A DNA stretch of 64,000 nt. Source: an uncultured Bacillota bacterium. Its GTDB lineage: Bacteria; Sysuimicrobiota; Sysuimicrobiia; Sysuimicrobiales; Segetimicrobiaceae. This document shows, in pieces, positions 20,215 to 29,987 of this stretch (within the stretch, counting starts at the first letter, position 1; each line of letters begins with the position of its first letter). Below the pieces are notes generated by a model. It worked only from the letters and a program-made list of their open reading frames with translations, made no database searches and was not told the origin of the DNA. The stretch is taken from assembly GCA_963804645.1 (NCBI GenBank), contig CAWDRG010000009.1, forward strand, positions 640,001-704,000, written 5' to 3'. A program made the translations under genes and the position numbers.

Positions 20215-21363
20215 GTGCCGACGGATCCCCGTGACGCAGCACGCTCCGCGCCGGTCGCGGCGCCGGAGCGTGCGGAGGCGCCGCCGTCGCGGCCGCGCCT
20301 CTACCAGCCGATGGTCCTCCGCGGCGTGACGCTGCGGAATCGCATCGTTGTGTCCCCGATGTGCCAGTACTCGTGCGAGGCGCACGACGGCATGGCGACC
20401 CCCTGGCACCTGGTCCATCTCGGCACCCGGGCGGTCGGCGGCGCGGGACTCGTCTTCTCCGAGGCCTCCGCGGTGGCGCCCGAGGGCCGCATCGCACCCG
20501 AGGATCTCGGGATCTGGTCCGACGCGCACGGCGACGCGCTCGCGCCGATCGCGGCGTTCGTCCGGGCGCAGGGTGCTGCGGTGGGCATCCAGCTGGCCCA
20601 TGCGGGGCGCAAGGCCAGCACCGCGCGCCCGTGGGAGGGCGGGAAGGCCGTCCCGGACGACCGCGGCGGCTGGACCCCGATCGCACCGAGCGCGGTCCCC
20701 TTCAGTGACACGTACCGCGTACCGCATGAGATGACCGAGCGCGACATCGCCGACGCGGTCCGGGCGTTCGCGGCGGCGGCGGCGCGGGCGCGCCGCGCGG
20801 GCTTCGACGTGGTCGAGCTGCACGCGGCTCACGGGTACTTGTTCCACGAGTTCCTGTCGCCGCTCTCGAACCGGCGGACCGACCGCTACGGCGGCGGCTT
20901 CGAGAACCGCGCGCGGTTTCTGCTCGAGGCCGTGGACGCGGTGCGCGCGGCGTGGCCGGACGACCGGCCGCTGTTCGTGCGCCTCTCCGCGACCGACTGG
21001 GTCCCCGACGGTTGGGACGCGGAGCAGAGCGTCGCGCTGGCACGGACGCTCGCTGCGCACGGCGTGGATGTGGTCGACGTCTCGAGCGGCGGCACGTCGC
21101 CGGCCCAGCAGGTCCCGCTCGGGCCCGGGTATCAGGTGCCGTTCGCCGAGCGGATCCGGCGCGAGGCGGGCGTCCCGACGATGGCGGTGGGATTGATCAC
21201 GTCGGCCGAGCAGGGGGAAGAGATCCTCGCCCGGGGCCAGGCCGACCTGATCGCGATGGCGAGAGAGCTGCTGCGTAATCCCTACTTCCCGCTGCACGGG
21301 GCCCAGGCACTCGGCAGCCCCGACGCCGCGCCGTGGCCGCCGCAGTACGTGCGCGCGAAATGA
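20215..21363 (+). CDS. NADH:flavin oxidoreductase (old yellow enzyme, YqjM/NamA-like)
   Basis: SPMCQYS, QLAHAGRK, HAAHGYL, NRRTDRYGG. Confidence 0.92.
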   Translation: MPTDPRDAARSAPVAAPERAEAPPSRPRLYQPMVLRGVTLRNRIVVSPMCQYSCEAHDGMATPWHLVHLGTRAVGGAGLVFSEASAVAPEGRIAPEDLGIWSDAHGDALAPIAAFVRAQGAAVGIQLAHAGRKASTARPWEGGKAVPDDRGGWTPIAPSAVPFSDTYRVPHEMTERDIADAVRAFAAAAARARRAGFDVVELHAAHGYLFHEFLSPLSNRRTDRYGGGFENRARFLLEAVDAVRAAWPDDRPLFVRLSATDWVPDGWDAEQSVALARTLAAHGVDVVDVSSGGTSPAQQVPLGPGYQVPFAERIRREAGVPTMAVGLITSAEQGEEILARGQADLIAMARELLRNPYFPLHGAQALGSPDAAPWPPQYVRAK

Positions 21364-21448
21364 CCGCCGTGCCGGCGGATCAGATCGCGAACATCTCCGG
21401 CGTCGCGGCGCTCGTGCGGCGCGCGATCGGGCCGGCGTAGCACGAGCC

Positions 21449-22408
21449 ATGCCGACGACGGCGACCAGCCTGGACGATATCCGCGCCGCGCGGGAGGTCA
21501 TCCGGGGGCGGCTGCACCGCACCCCGATGCTGACCTCGCGCATCCTCGGCGAGCGCGCGGGCGTGCAACTTTTCCTCAAGGCGGAGAATCTTCAGAAGAC
21601 TGGGGCGTTCAAGGTGCGCGGCGTCCTGAACAAGCTCCACCACCTGTCGGACGAGGAGAAGCGGCGCGGCCTGATCACGATTTCCGCGGGCAACCACGGC
21701 CAGGCGCTGGCCTACGCCGCGGGCGTCGAAGGCCTGCGCGCCACGATCGTGATGCCGGGGAACGCGCGGGCGACGAAAGTTGCGGCGTGCAAGACGTACG
21801 GCGCGGAAGTGATCGTCGGCGGGACCGTGCACGAGGCGTTCGAGACGGTCGAGGAACTCCGGCGGACGCGCGCGCTCACCCTCGTCCACCCGTACAACGA
21901 TCCATTCGTCATCGCGGGCCAGGGCACCGTCGGCCTTGAGATCCTGGAGGACGTGCCCGACGTCGACGTCGTCTACGTCGGGATCGGCGGCGGCGGGCTG
22001 ATCTCGGGGGTCGCGGCCGCGATCAAGCTGAGCCGCCCCGGCGCGCGGGTGATCGGGGTCGAACCCGAGGGCGCGCCCACGCTCACCGCGGCGCTCCGGG
22101 AGCACGCGCCGGTGCGGCTCGAGACCGTGCACACGATCGCGGACGGCCTGAGCGCTCCCATCGCGGGCGAGCTGACGCTCGCGGCGGTCGAACGGTTCGT
22201 CGACGAGGTCGTGCTGGTGTCCGACGCCGAGATCGCCGAGGCGATGACGCTGCTGCTGCAGTACGCGAAGCTCCTCGTCGAACCGGCCGGGGCCGCGGGG
22301 CTCGCCGCGCTGCTCGCCGGCCGGGGCGCGCCGCCCCGAGGGGGCCGCGCCGTCGCCCTGCTGAGCGGCGGCAACGTCGACCTCAGCCTCCTCAAGGACC
22401 TGCTCTGA
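21449..22408 (+). CDS. PLP-dependent threonine/serine dehydratase
   Basis: KAENLQKTGAFKVRG, SAGNHG, GGGGLISG. Confidence 0.92.
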   Translation: MPTTATSLDDIRAAREVIRGRLHRTPMLTSRILGERAGVQLFLKAENLQKTGAFKVRGVLNKLHHLSDEEKRRGLITISAGNHGQALAYAAGVEGLRATIVMPGNARATKVAACKTYGAEVIVGGTVHEAFETVEELRRTRALTLVHPYNDPFVIAGQGTVGLEILEDVPDVDVVYVGIGGGGLISGVAAAIKLSRPGARVIGVEPEGAPTLTAALREHAPVRLETVHTIADGLSAPIAGELTLAAVERFVDEVVLVSDAEIAEAMTLLLQYAKLLVEPAGAAGLAALLAGRGAPPRGGRAVALLSGGNVDLSLLKDLL

Positions 22409-22427
22409 GCGGGCGCACGCGCCGCTG

Positions 22428-23615
22428 ATGAAGATCACCCGCGTCGACTGCCACGTGCTGCTCGATCCTGGGATGGACACGGGCGCGACCAGTTCGGCGC
22501 AGGACGACCTCGTCGTGGAGATCCACACCGACGAGGGTCTCACCGGCCTCGGCGAGACCGACTGCAATCCCTGGATCGCCCGCGCGTGCATCGAGGCGCC
22601 GGGCACGCACACGATGGGGCTCGGGCTCACCGAGATGCTGGTCGGCGCGGACCCGCTCGCGGTCGAGGCCCTGTGGGAGCGGCTGTACGTGGGCTCGGCG
22701 ATGAACGGCCGCCGGGGGGCGCTGATCCACGCGCTCGGCGCGATCGACATCGCGCTGCACGACCTTCGCGGCAAGGCGCTCGGGAAGCCGTGCTGGGAGC
22801 TGCTCGGGCCGGCGCGGGCCGACCCGATCGTGCCGTACGCCTCGCTGCAGCCCGACGTCTCGGGGTTCGACGCGTACGTCGCCGCGGTGGTCGACTGGGC
22901 GCGCGACGCGCAGCGCCGCGGTTTCACCGCGGCGAAGCTGGAGATCACTCCGGCGGGCCCGTACGCGCACAAGGGACTCCGCGCGCCGTACGCACGGATG
23001 CGGGAGCCGCTCGCCGCGGTGCGAGAGGCGGTCGGGCCGGCGTTCACGCTCATGGTCGACGTGCAGTACGCGTTTCCGGACGCCGACACGTGCCTCCGGA
23101 CGATCCGCGGCTGGGAGGAGTACGATGTGCGGTTCCTGGAGACTCCGCTGCCGTCCGACGACCTGGACGGGTATGCGCGGGTGAGCCGCGAGCAGCCGAT
23201 CCCGATCGCCGCCGGGGAGTGGCTCGCGACCCGGTTCGAGTTTCTCGAGCTGATGGACCGGGGACGGATCGGGGTCGTCCAGCCGGACGTCGGCCGGGTC
23301 GGCGGGCTCACCGAGGCCCGCCGGGTGTGCACCCTCGCCGGGCAGCGCGGTCTCCCGATCGTGCCGCACGCGTGGAAGACCGGGATCTCCATCGCCGCGG
23401 CCGCGCACCTGGCGCGGGCGACGCCGCACTGCGCCTTCATCGAGTTCCTCCCGGCGGAGCTGTGCGAGTCTGCGCTGCGCCGGGATCTCGTGCGGCGGGG
23501 CCCGGAGATGGTGGACGGCGCCGTCCGGCTGCCGGACGCGCCGGGCCTTGGTGTGGAGCTGAACCGGGACGCGCTCGAACAATTCAAGGAGGCGGCCGCA
23601 CGGCGCGGCCGCTAG
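22428..23615 (+). CDS. Mandelate racemase/muconate lactonizing enzyme family
   Basis: IDIALHDLRGK, LMVD, FLETP, AGE metal ligands. Confidence 0.88.
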   Translation: MKITRVDCHVLLDPGMDTGATSSAQDDLVVEIHTDEGLTGLGETDCNPWIARACIEAPGTHTMGLGLTEMLVGADPLAVEALWERLYVGSAMNGRRGALIHALGAIDIALHDLRGKALGKPCWELLGPARADPIVPYASLQPDVSGFDAYVAAVVDWARDAQRRGFTAAKLEITPAGPYAHKGLRAPYARMREPLAAVREAVGPAFTLMVDVQYAFPDADTCLRTIRGWEEYDVRFLETPLPSDDLDGYARVSREQPIPIAAGEWLATRFEFLELMDRGRIGVVQPDVGRVGGLTEARRVCTLAGQRGLPIVPHAWKTGISIAAAAHLARATPHCAFIEFLPAELCESALRRDLVRRGPEMVDGAVRLPDAPGLGVELNRDALEQFKEAAARRGR

Positions 23616-23655
23616 TCGGAACGCCCGCACCCCGTGCGGGGAGAGAGGAGACGGC

Positions 23656-25656
23656 ATGGACGTCACGCGCACCAAGGCGAAGCCCGCCACGCGGGCGATC
23701 ACGATCGAGGATCTCATGGAGTTCCGGATTCCCAACGATCCCCAGATCTCGCCGGACGGGTCCCTCGTGGTCTGTCCGGTGACGGCCGTCGACGCGCCGT
23801 CCAACGGGTACCGGACGCACCTGTGGATCGTGCCGATCGACGGCGCGCCGTGGCAGCTCACGGCGGCGGCGGCGCGCGACGTCAGCCCCCGCTGGTCTCC
23901 GGACGGCACGCGCGTGGCGTTCGTCTCCGACCGCGGCGGCAGCAAGCAGCTGTGGGTGATCGCGGCCACGGGGGGCGAAGCGCGCGCGCTCACGTCCGGG
24001 AAGCTGGCCCCGGGAGAGCCCGTCTGGTCTCCCGACAGCCGGTGGATCGCGTTCGTCGGCAAGCCCGAGCCGGAGGCCGGGCAGGAAGAGAGCGACGTGC
24101 GCGTGATCTCGCGGCTGCGCTACAAGCAGGACGGCGAGGGCTTCTGGGACGGCCGATGGAAGCAGCTGTTCGTCGTGGCCGCGGACGACGGCGCGCCGCG
24201 GCAGGTGACGCGGGGCGAGCACGATCACATCGCCCCGGCGTGGTCGCCGGACGGGCGGTCGCTGGCCTACGCCGGAAACCCCGCACCCGACGCGGATCTG
24301 AGCGGCGTGAGCGACGTGTGGGTCGTGCCGGTCGACGGCGGGAAGCCGGCGCGGCGGCTGACGGAAGGCGTCGGGCCGGTGCAGCAGCCGGCCTGGTCGC
24401 CGGACGGGTCCCGGATCGCGTACCTCGGGCACGACAACGAGTACTGGGGGGCGACGCACCTGCGGGTGTGGGTCGTGCCAGCGGCGGGCGGGGCGCCAGA
24501 GTGCCTCACGCGGGGATACGAGCGCAGCATCGGACATCATTTGAGCGGCGACGTCCGTCCGATGCCGTCGTCCGGGGGACTCACGTGGGCGCCCGGCGGC
24601 GGCCGGATCTACTTCCTGGTGACGGACGGCGGAAACACCCAGGTGGCGTCCGTCTCGACGGGAAGCGGCGAGGTGCGCCTCGAGACGCGGGGCGACCACG
24701 AGCTAGTGGGATGCTCGCTGGATCGCGCGGCGCGCCGCGTCGCCTGCGTGGAGAGTGATCCGGTGTCGCCGGGTGAGGTGGCGGTCGCCGACCTCGACGG
24801 GGCCGAGTCGGGCGCCGTCCGGCGCCTCACGCGGTGGAACGCGGCGCTCGTCGACGGCCTCGCCCTCAGCCGGCCCGAGCGGTTCGAGTGCCGCGGCGCC
24901 GACGGGTGGCCGATCGAAGGGTGGGTAATGAAGCCCGCGGGGATCGGGCCCGGCGTGCGCGTGCCCGCGGTGCTCGAGATTCACGGCGGACCGCACAGCA
25001 CCTACGGCAACGGATTCATGCACCAGTTTCAGCTGCTGTGCGCTGCCGGCTACGGCGTGATCTACTCGAACCCCCGCGGCAGCCACGGCTACACGCAGGC
25101 GTTTACCGCGGCGACTCACCACGATTGGGGCGGCAAGGACTACGAGGATCTCATACTGGCGCTGGATCACGCGCTCGGCGCGCACGCCTGGATCGACCCC
25201 GATCGGCTCGGCGTCGCCGGCGGCAGCTATGGGGGCTACATGGTCAATTGGATGATCGGCCACACCCAGCGGTTTCGGGCCGCGGTGGCGCTCCGCAGCA
25301 CCTGCGACCGCTACAGTCAGTGGGGCACGTCCGACATGGGCATGGAGAACGGACGCTGGGAGTTTCCGGGCGACCCCTGGACCGCGGAGGGCTTTTACCG
25401 GGAGCGGTCGCCGCTCACGTACGTGGCGCAGATGCGGACGCCGCTGCTCTTGACGCACGGCGAGAATGATCTGCGCTGCCCGATCTCCCAGTCGGAGCAG
25501 CTCTTCGTTGCGCTGGTCAAGCAGGGCACGCCGACCGTGTTCGTGCGGTTTCCCGGCGAGAGCCACAACATGTCGAGCGCGGGAAAGCCCAAGCACCGCA
25601 TCGAGCAGCTCAAGCACATCCTGGGGTGGTTCCGGAAATATCTGGTCGGCGGGTAG
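23656..25656 (+). CDS. S9 family peptidase (acylaminoacyl peptidase)
   Basis: PD40 WSPDG repeats, IHGGP, GGSYGG nucleophile, HGENDLRC, ESH. Confidence 0.93.
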   Translation: MDVTRTKAKPATRAITIEDLMEFRIPNDPQISPDGSLVVCPVTAVDAPSNGYRTHLWIVPIDGAPWQLTAAAARDVSPRWSPDGTRVAFVSDRGGSKQLWVIAATGGEARALTSGKLAPGEPVWSPDSRWIAFVGKPEPEAGQEESDVRVISRLRYKQDGEGFWDGRWKQLFVVAADDGAPRQVTRGEHDHIAPAWSPDGRSLAYAGNPAPDADLSGVSDVWVVPVDGGKPARRLTEGVGPVQQPAWSPDGSRIAYLGHDNEYWGATHLRVWVVPAAGGAPECLTRGYERSIGHHLSGDVRPMPSSGGLTWAPGGGRIYFLVTDGGNTQVASVSTGSGEVRLETRGDHELVGCSLDRAARRVACVESDPVSPGEVAVADLDGAESGAVRRLTRWNAALVDGLALSRPERFECRGADGWPIEGWVMKPAGIGPGVRVPAVLEIHGGPHSTYGNGFMHQFQLLCAAGYGVIYSNPRGSHGYTQAFTAATHHDWGGKDYEDLILALDHALGAHAWIDPDRLGVAGGSYGGYMVNWMIGHTQRFRAAVALRSTCDRYSQWGTSDMGMENGRWEFPGDPWTAEGFYRERSPLTYVAQMRTPLLLTHGENDLRCPISQSEQLFVALVKQGTPTVFVRFPGESHNMSSAGKPKHRIEQLKHILGWFRKYLVGG

Positions 25657-25692
25657 AGGCGCACGGGCCGGACGCGCGCCCGCGCCGGCGGG

Positions 25693-26235
25693 TCAGGGCT
25701 GTGCGTGCCGCGCGTACTGCCAGAGCGCCCGGTCGAGCGTCCGCATCGTGATGCCGCACCGCGACGCGGTGCCGCGGCACCACAGCGTGTAGCGCCGCCA
25801 GAACTCGAACTCGTACGTGGAGGGCGGCGACGCGATCCCGGCGGACCAGAGCGCCCGCACGTCCAGGATCGGGTACGGCTGCCGGTGGGTCCAGTGGAGG
25901 ATCGCCGAGGCGATCGGCCAGCCGACGCCCTGCAGCAGCGTGAGGACGGTGATGCGCAGCCGCTCGTTCGGCGTCGACAGCGCGGTCGCGGAGATGGCCC
26001 GGATGTCGGCGGCCTCGTTGCGCGCGCAGAGCGGCTGCGACCGCGGCGTCTTCCACCGCGCCAGCGCGAGGAACTCGGCTTTGGTCAGCCATCCACGCGC
26101 GCGCGCGCGGGCCGCGACGCCGGCTTCGAGCAGGGCGTCCTGCGACGCGTCGAACCGTGCGGCCCACCGCGGGATGTCGCGCGCCGGGAAGCGCAGGGCA
26201 AACTCCCACGGGACGGCGCGGGTCACGCGACTCAA
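25693..26235 (-). CDS. Hypothetical protein with helix-hairpin-helix-like motif
   Basis: LQGVGWPIASAIL followed by YPILDVRA. Confidence 0.6.
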   Translation of the reverse strand: MSRVTRAVPWEFALRFPARDIPRWAARFDASQDALLEAGVAARARARGWLTKAEFLALARWKTPRSQPLCARNEAADIRAISATALSTPNERLRITVLTLLQGVGWPIASAILHWTHRQPYPILDVRALWSAGIASPPSTYEFEFWRRYTLWCRGTASRCGITMRTLDRALWQYARHAQP

Positions 26236-26274
26236 CCGCCTTTGTTCAGCGGTGGGGGGCGATCAGGCCGGCGG

Positions 26275-26484
26275 TCACCCGCGCCCCGCCTGATCGGCCG
26301 GGCGCTCCCGCCGCGGGCGCCGCATGAGCCCCGTGAGGAACCCCGCCGCGACCGCGAGGGTCTGCCGGCGCGCCTGCACCTCGTCCCGCGCGTTGCGCCA
26401 GCGCCGGCCGAGCTCCGTCAGGTCCGCGTCGATCGCCGCCCGCAGTTCCGTCAGATGTTTTTGAGGATCTCGTTGCGCAGCCAT
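26275..26484 (-). CDS. Small hypothetical protein (DUF3618-like)
   Basis: MAAQRDPQKHLTELRAAIDADLTEL...; typical partner downstream of holin-like/DUF1469 genes. Confidence 0.5.
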   Translation of the reverse strand: MAAQRDPQKHLTELRAAIDADLTELGRRWRNARDEVQARRQTLAVAAGFLTGLMRRPRRERPADQAGRG

Positions 26485-26884
26485 TGGATGTCGCTCCTCA
26501 CCTGGGCGGCGACGGCGTGCAAGCGCCGCAGCGTGAACCCGCGTATGCCGATCGCGACCAGCACGGCGATGATGACGAGCGTCCCCGCGAACGTGATCAG
26601 GGCGGCGAGCCACGGCGGCAGCGTGAGCGCCAGCAGCAGCACCACGGTGAGAAGGATGAGTCCGACCGCGTACACGCCGATGACCGCGGCGAGCCCGATG
26701 CACACGAGTCCGCGGACGATCCCGCGCACCGTCGCGCGCGCCTCGTCCTGGGCGAGGTCGCGTAGGCCCGCGCCATCGCCGCGACGTTCGCCACAAGCCG
26801 CTGAATGATTGCCGCGGCCGACTCGTCGCGCGTCGGCGCGTCTGTGCCGCCGCGTGACGATCCGGTCGGCAGATCGCTGGCCAT
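26451..26884 (-). pseudogene. Phage holin-like/DUF1469 membrane protein, frameshift near 26760
   Basis: MASDLP...VAAMARAYA in one frame continues as DLAQDEARA plus two TM segments in another. Confidence 0.6.
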
Positions 26885-26997
26885 GCGCGTCACTCCCTCG
26901 CTCGGGTGCTGCCCGGATCTCGTTCCGGGGGTTGTTCGCCGCCCCGGCGCGGATGTCCCGCACCCCGCGCCGCGGGCCCGGCGCCGCCGGCGGCGCG

Positions 26998-27729
26998 CTA
27001 TCGCGCTTTGGTGATCAGGGCGACGTAGAGCGGTCCGCGCGGCGGCAGAAACCGGGTCGCGGTCCATCCGGTGCCGCGCAGGATCGCCCGCATCTCATCG
27101 CGGGACACGAGGAGATAGTCGAACCACGGCGTCGCGTAGCGCCGGTACCGGACCCTGATCCGCGCCTGCCCCGGCAGTCTGCCGCGGCGCCTGTTCGCGC
27201 GGTGATACGCGCGATGGGCCGGATTGTCGGTGTCGTGGGGGTCGAGACTCTCCGCGAGAATGCGGGCGTCCGGATCCGTGATCGCGTGCAGCCGCGCGAG
27301 CAGCCGCCGCGCCCGCGCGCGACTTCCAAAGAGCCCGAAGTTGTTGCCGAGCATGAGGACGGTGCCGAACGTCCCGAGCGACGGGCCGACGTCGCCGATG
27401 GACAGGACCCTCACGTGTCTGAGCCCGCGGCGGCGGCACACCGCGACGGCGAGCGGGGACACGTCGATGCCGAGCACGTCGAGCCCGCGGCGCTGGAGAT
27501 AGAGGGCGTGCCGGCCGGCTCCGCAGCCGATGTCCAGCACCCGGCCCCGCGCGAGCCGCACGGCCTGCCGGTGGCGCGGCGGCCAGTCGCGGTACTCGGC
27601 GAGGAACTGCTCGCGTCCGCCCGAGATATCGACGTAGCCGTCGTCGCGCTCGATCACCTCGTACCCGCGGCCACGGCCCCGTAGGTAGTCGCGGAGCGCG
27701 TGGCCGAAGGCGTCGTGCGTGTCGCGCAT
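26998..27729 (-). CDS. Class I SAM-dependent methyltransferase
   Basis: VLDIGCGAG, GIDVS. Confidence 0.88.
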   Translation of the reverse strand: MRDTHDAFGHALRDYLRGRGRGYEVIERDDGYVDISGGREQFLAEYRDWPPRHRQAVRLARGRVLDIGCGAGRHALYLQRRGLDVLGIDVSPLAVAVCRRRGLRHVRVLSIGDVGPSLGTFGTVLMLGNNFGLFGSRARARRLLARLHAITDPDARILAESLDPHDTDNPAHRAYHRANRRRGRLPGQARIRVRYRRYATPWFDYLLVSRDEMRAILRGTGWTATRFLPPRGPLYVALITKAR

Positions 27730-27762
27730 CCGGAGTCTCGCGTCCTCGGGCGTGTCGGCGGG

Positions 27763-27948
27763 TCAGTCGGGCGGCACGAACCGATAGACGGGCTCGAGCA
27801 TCCTCGACGCGTCGTCGGGCCGGAGGCGCGCCATCTGCGCCTTGATCATCGCCACCCGTTCGTAGATCGCGTCGGCGTCGGCGTCGTCGAGGCGCAGGCC
27901 CTGCTGCGCGGCCTCGGCCGCGAGCCACTCGCGCGTGAAGGACGTCAT
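27763..27948 (-). CDS. Small amidase-associated protein (GatC/AtzG-like)
   Basis: 61 aa MTSFTREW...LEPVYRFVPPD; GGAGG RBS and ATGA overlap with the amidase stop. Confidence 0.6.
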   Translation of the reverse strand: MTSFTREWLAAEAAQQGLRLDDADADAIYERVAMIKAQMARLRPDDASRMLEPVYRFVPPD

Positions 27949-29337
27949 GCGGTCACCTCCAGGGCGGGACGCCGTGTGTGCCATTCGGTGTGCTGCTCGT
28001 ACGCGCGGCCGATCCGGAGCAGCGTCGTCTCGTCGAACGCCTTGCCGACGAGCTGCATCGCGACCGGCAGCCCGCCGGCCGTAAACCCGCAGGGCACGCT
28101 GAGCGCCGGATGTCCGGTCAGGTTGAAGGGGATCGTGAACTTGCCGATGTCCGCGGGAGGCCCGGCCGCCTCGACCTCCAGCGTAAACGCCGGCGCCGGC
28201 ATCGTCGGGGTGACGATCGCGTCGACGCGCCGGAGCGCCTGCGAGAGGTCCTGACACCACAGGGCGCGGATCTGGGCGGCCTGCTGATACTCCGCGGCGG
28301 TGAAGAACGCGCCCGACGCGATGCGCCGGCGTGCGCGGGGTCCGTACTCCTCCCACTGCCGCCGCATCCGCGGGCGCGTGCACGCCGAACGCCTCCGCGG
28401 CGAGCAGCAGCCAGCCGGCCGGGGCGGCGTCCGCGGCGCGCGGCAGGTCGACGGGCTCGACCCGGGCGCCCAGCTCCTCGAGGCGCGTGAGCGCCGCGCG
28501 CACGAGGCGGCCGACCTCCGGATCGATCTGGTCGTAGAAGTACTGCGCCGGCACTCCGAGGGTCAGGTCCCGCACGCCCGCGTCGATGTCCGCGGCGTAG
28601 TCCGGCACCGGCCGGCCGGACGCGGTGGGATCGAGCGGGTCCGGGCCTGCCATCGCCCGGAGCAGGACGGCGCAGTCCGCGACCGAGCGGGCCATCGGTC
28701 CGACGTGGTCCATGCTCCAGCTGAGCGGGAACACGCCGTGCCGGCTGACCCGTCCGTAAGTGGGTTTGAGCCCGACGATGCCGCAGTAGCTCGCGGGCCC
28801 GCGGATCGACCCGCCGGTGTCGGACCCCGTCGCGAGGATCGCGAGCCCCGCCGCGAGCGCGTTCCCGGATCCGGCGCTCGAGCCGCTCGTGTACCGCGAC
28901 GTGTCCCAGGGATTCCGGGGAACGCCGAAGACGTCCGTGCCGCCGGTGGCAAACTCCGTCGTGTTGGTCTTGCCGAGCAGGATCATGCCCGCGTCCGCGA
29001 GCCGCCGCACGACGGTCGCGTCCGCGTCCGGCACGAAGTCCAAGAGGGTCCGCGAGTGGCACGTCGTCCGGATGCCCCGCGTGAAGATGATGTCCTTCTG
29101 GGCGACCGGCAGCCCGTGCAGCGGGCCCCGCCGGCGGCCGGCGGCGATCTCCCGCTCGGCCTCGCGCGCGTCGCGCAGCGCCGTCTCCCCGCACACCGTG
29201 ATGTAGCTGTGGAGCGTGTCGTTGTAGTGCGCGATCCGCTCGAGCAGCGCCGTCACGATCTCGACGGGCGAGAGCGAGCGGCGCTCGATGCGGTCACTGA
29301 GCTCGACCGCCGACAGGTAGCACAACTCGGAGTCCAT
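27945..29337 (-). pseudogene. Amidase signature (GatA-like) enzyme, frameshift near 28372
   Basis: QKD, GSSAGS, GSDTGGSIR; C-terminal half (PFNLTGHPALSVPCG) lies in a second frame. Confidence 0.85.
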
Positions 29338-29504
29338 CGAATCCCTCCCCGGGGGCGCGGCGATCCGCGGTGCGTCTTCTCCCGCCGTGATTCTCCTCGC
29401 GGCCCCGCGCTTCCCCCGCCCGCTCACCGTAGGAACGTGCGCGCGCCGCGTGGAACGTCAGGCGGGTTAGCGCGTTCATGTCGTGGGACCCTCGGAGGCG
29501 CATC

Positions 29505-29966
29505 GTGTCCGAAGTAGAACGAAAGCTCCAGGCGATGGGGTTGACGCTCCCCGACGCTCCGGCGCCGGTGGCCAACTACGTCCGCGCCGTGCAGGTCGGC
29601 GACCTCGTGTTCTTGTCGGGCCACGGTCCGACCAAGGACGGCGCGGCGGCGTATCGGGGCAAGCTGGGTCGGGAATTCTCGGTGGCGGAGGGCTACGAGG
29701 CGGCGAAGCTCGTGATGCTCAACTGCCTCGCGTCGCTCAAAGAGGCGATCGGCGATCTCGACCGGGTCCGGCGCATCGTGAAGCTGCTCGCGATGGTGAA
29801 CAGCACGCCCGACTTCGTCCGGCAGCCGGAGGTGATCAACGGCGCGTCCGATCTGCTGGTCGCCCTCTACGGGGATCGCGGTCGGCACGCGCGGTCGGCG
29901 GTCGGCATGGTCGCGCTGCCGTTTGACATCCCGGTCGAAATTGAGATGATCGTCCAGGTCTCCTAG
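29505..29966 (+). CDS. RidA/YjgF family protein
   Basis: PVANY, LSGHGP, NGASDLL, HARSAVG. Confidence 0.9.
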   Translation: MSEVERKLQAMGLTLPDAPAPVANYVRAVQVGDLVFLSGHGPTKDGAAAYRGKLGREFSVAEGYEAAKLVMLNCLASLKEAIGDLDRVRRIVKLLAMVNSTPDFVRQPEVINGASDLLVALYGDRGRHARSAVGMVALPFDIPVEIEMIVQVS

Positions 29967-29987
29967 GCCGGCGCGCGCGCGGCGCGA

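Noticed and set aside
18814..21579. 921-aa minus-strand ORF and many other long overlapping ORFs
   Set aside because: Antisense or off-frame shadows of well-supported genes; Arg/Ala/Pro-rich with no motifs, expected at high GC
26275..26884. Prophage suggested by the holin-like gene
   Set aside because: No other phage genes; this family is commonly chromosomal
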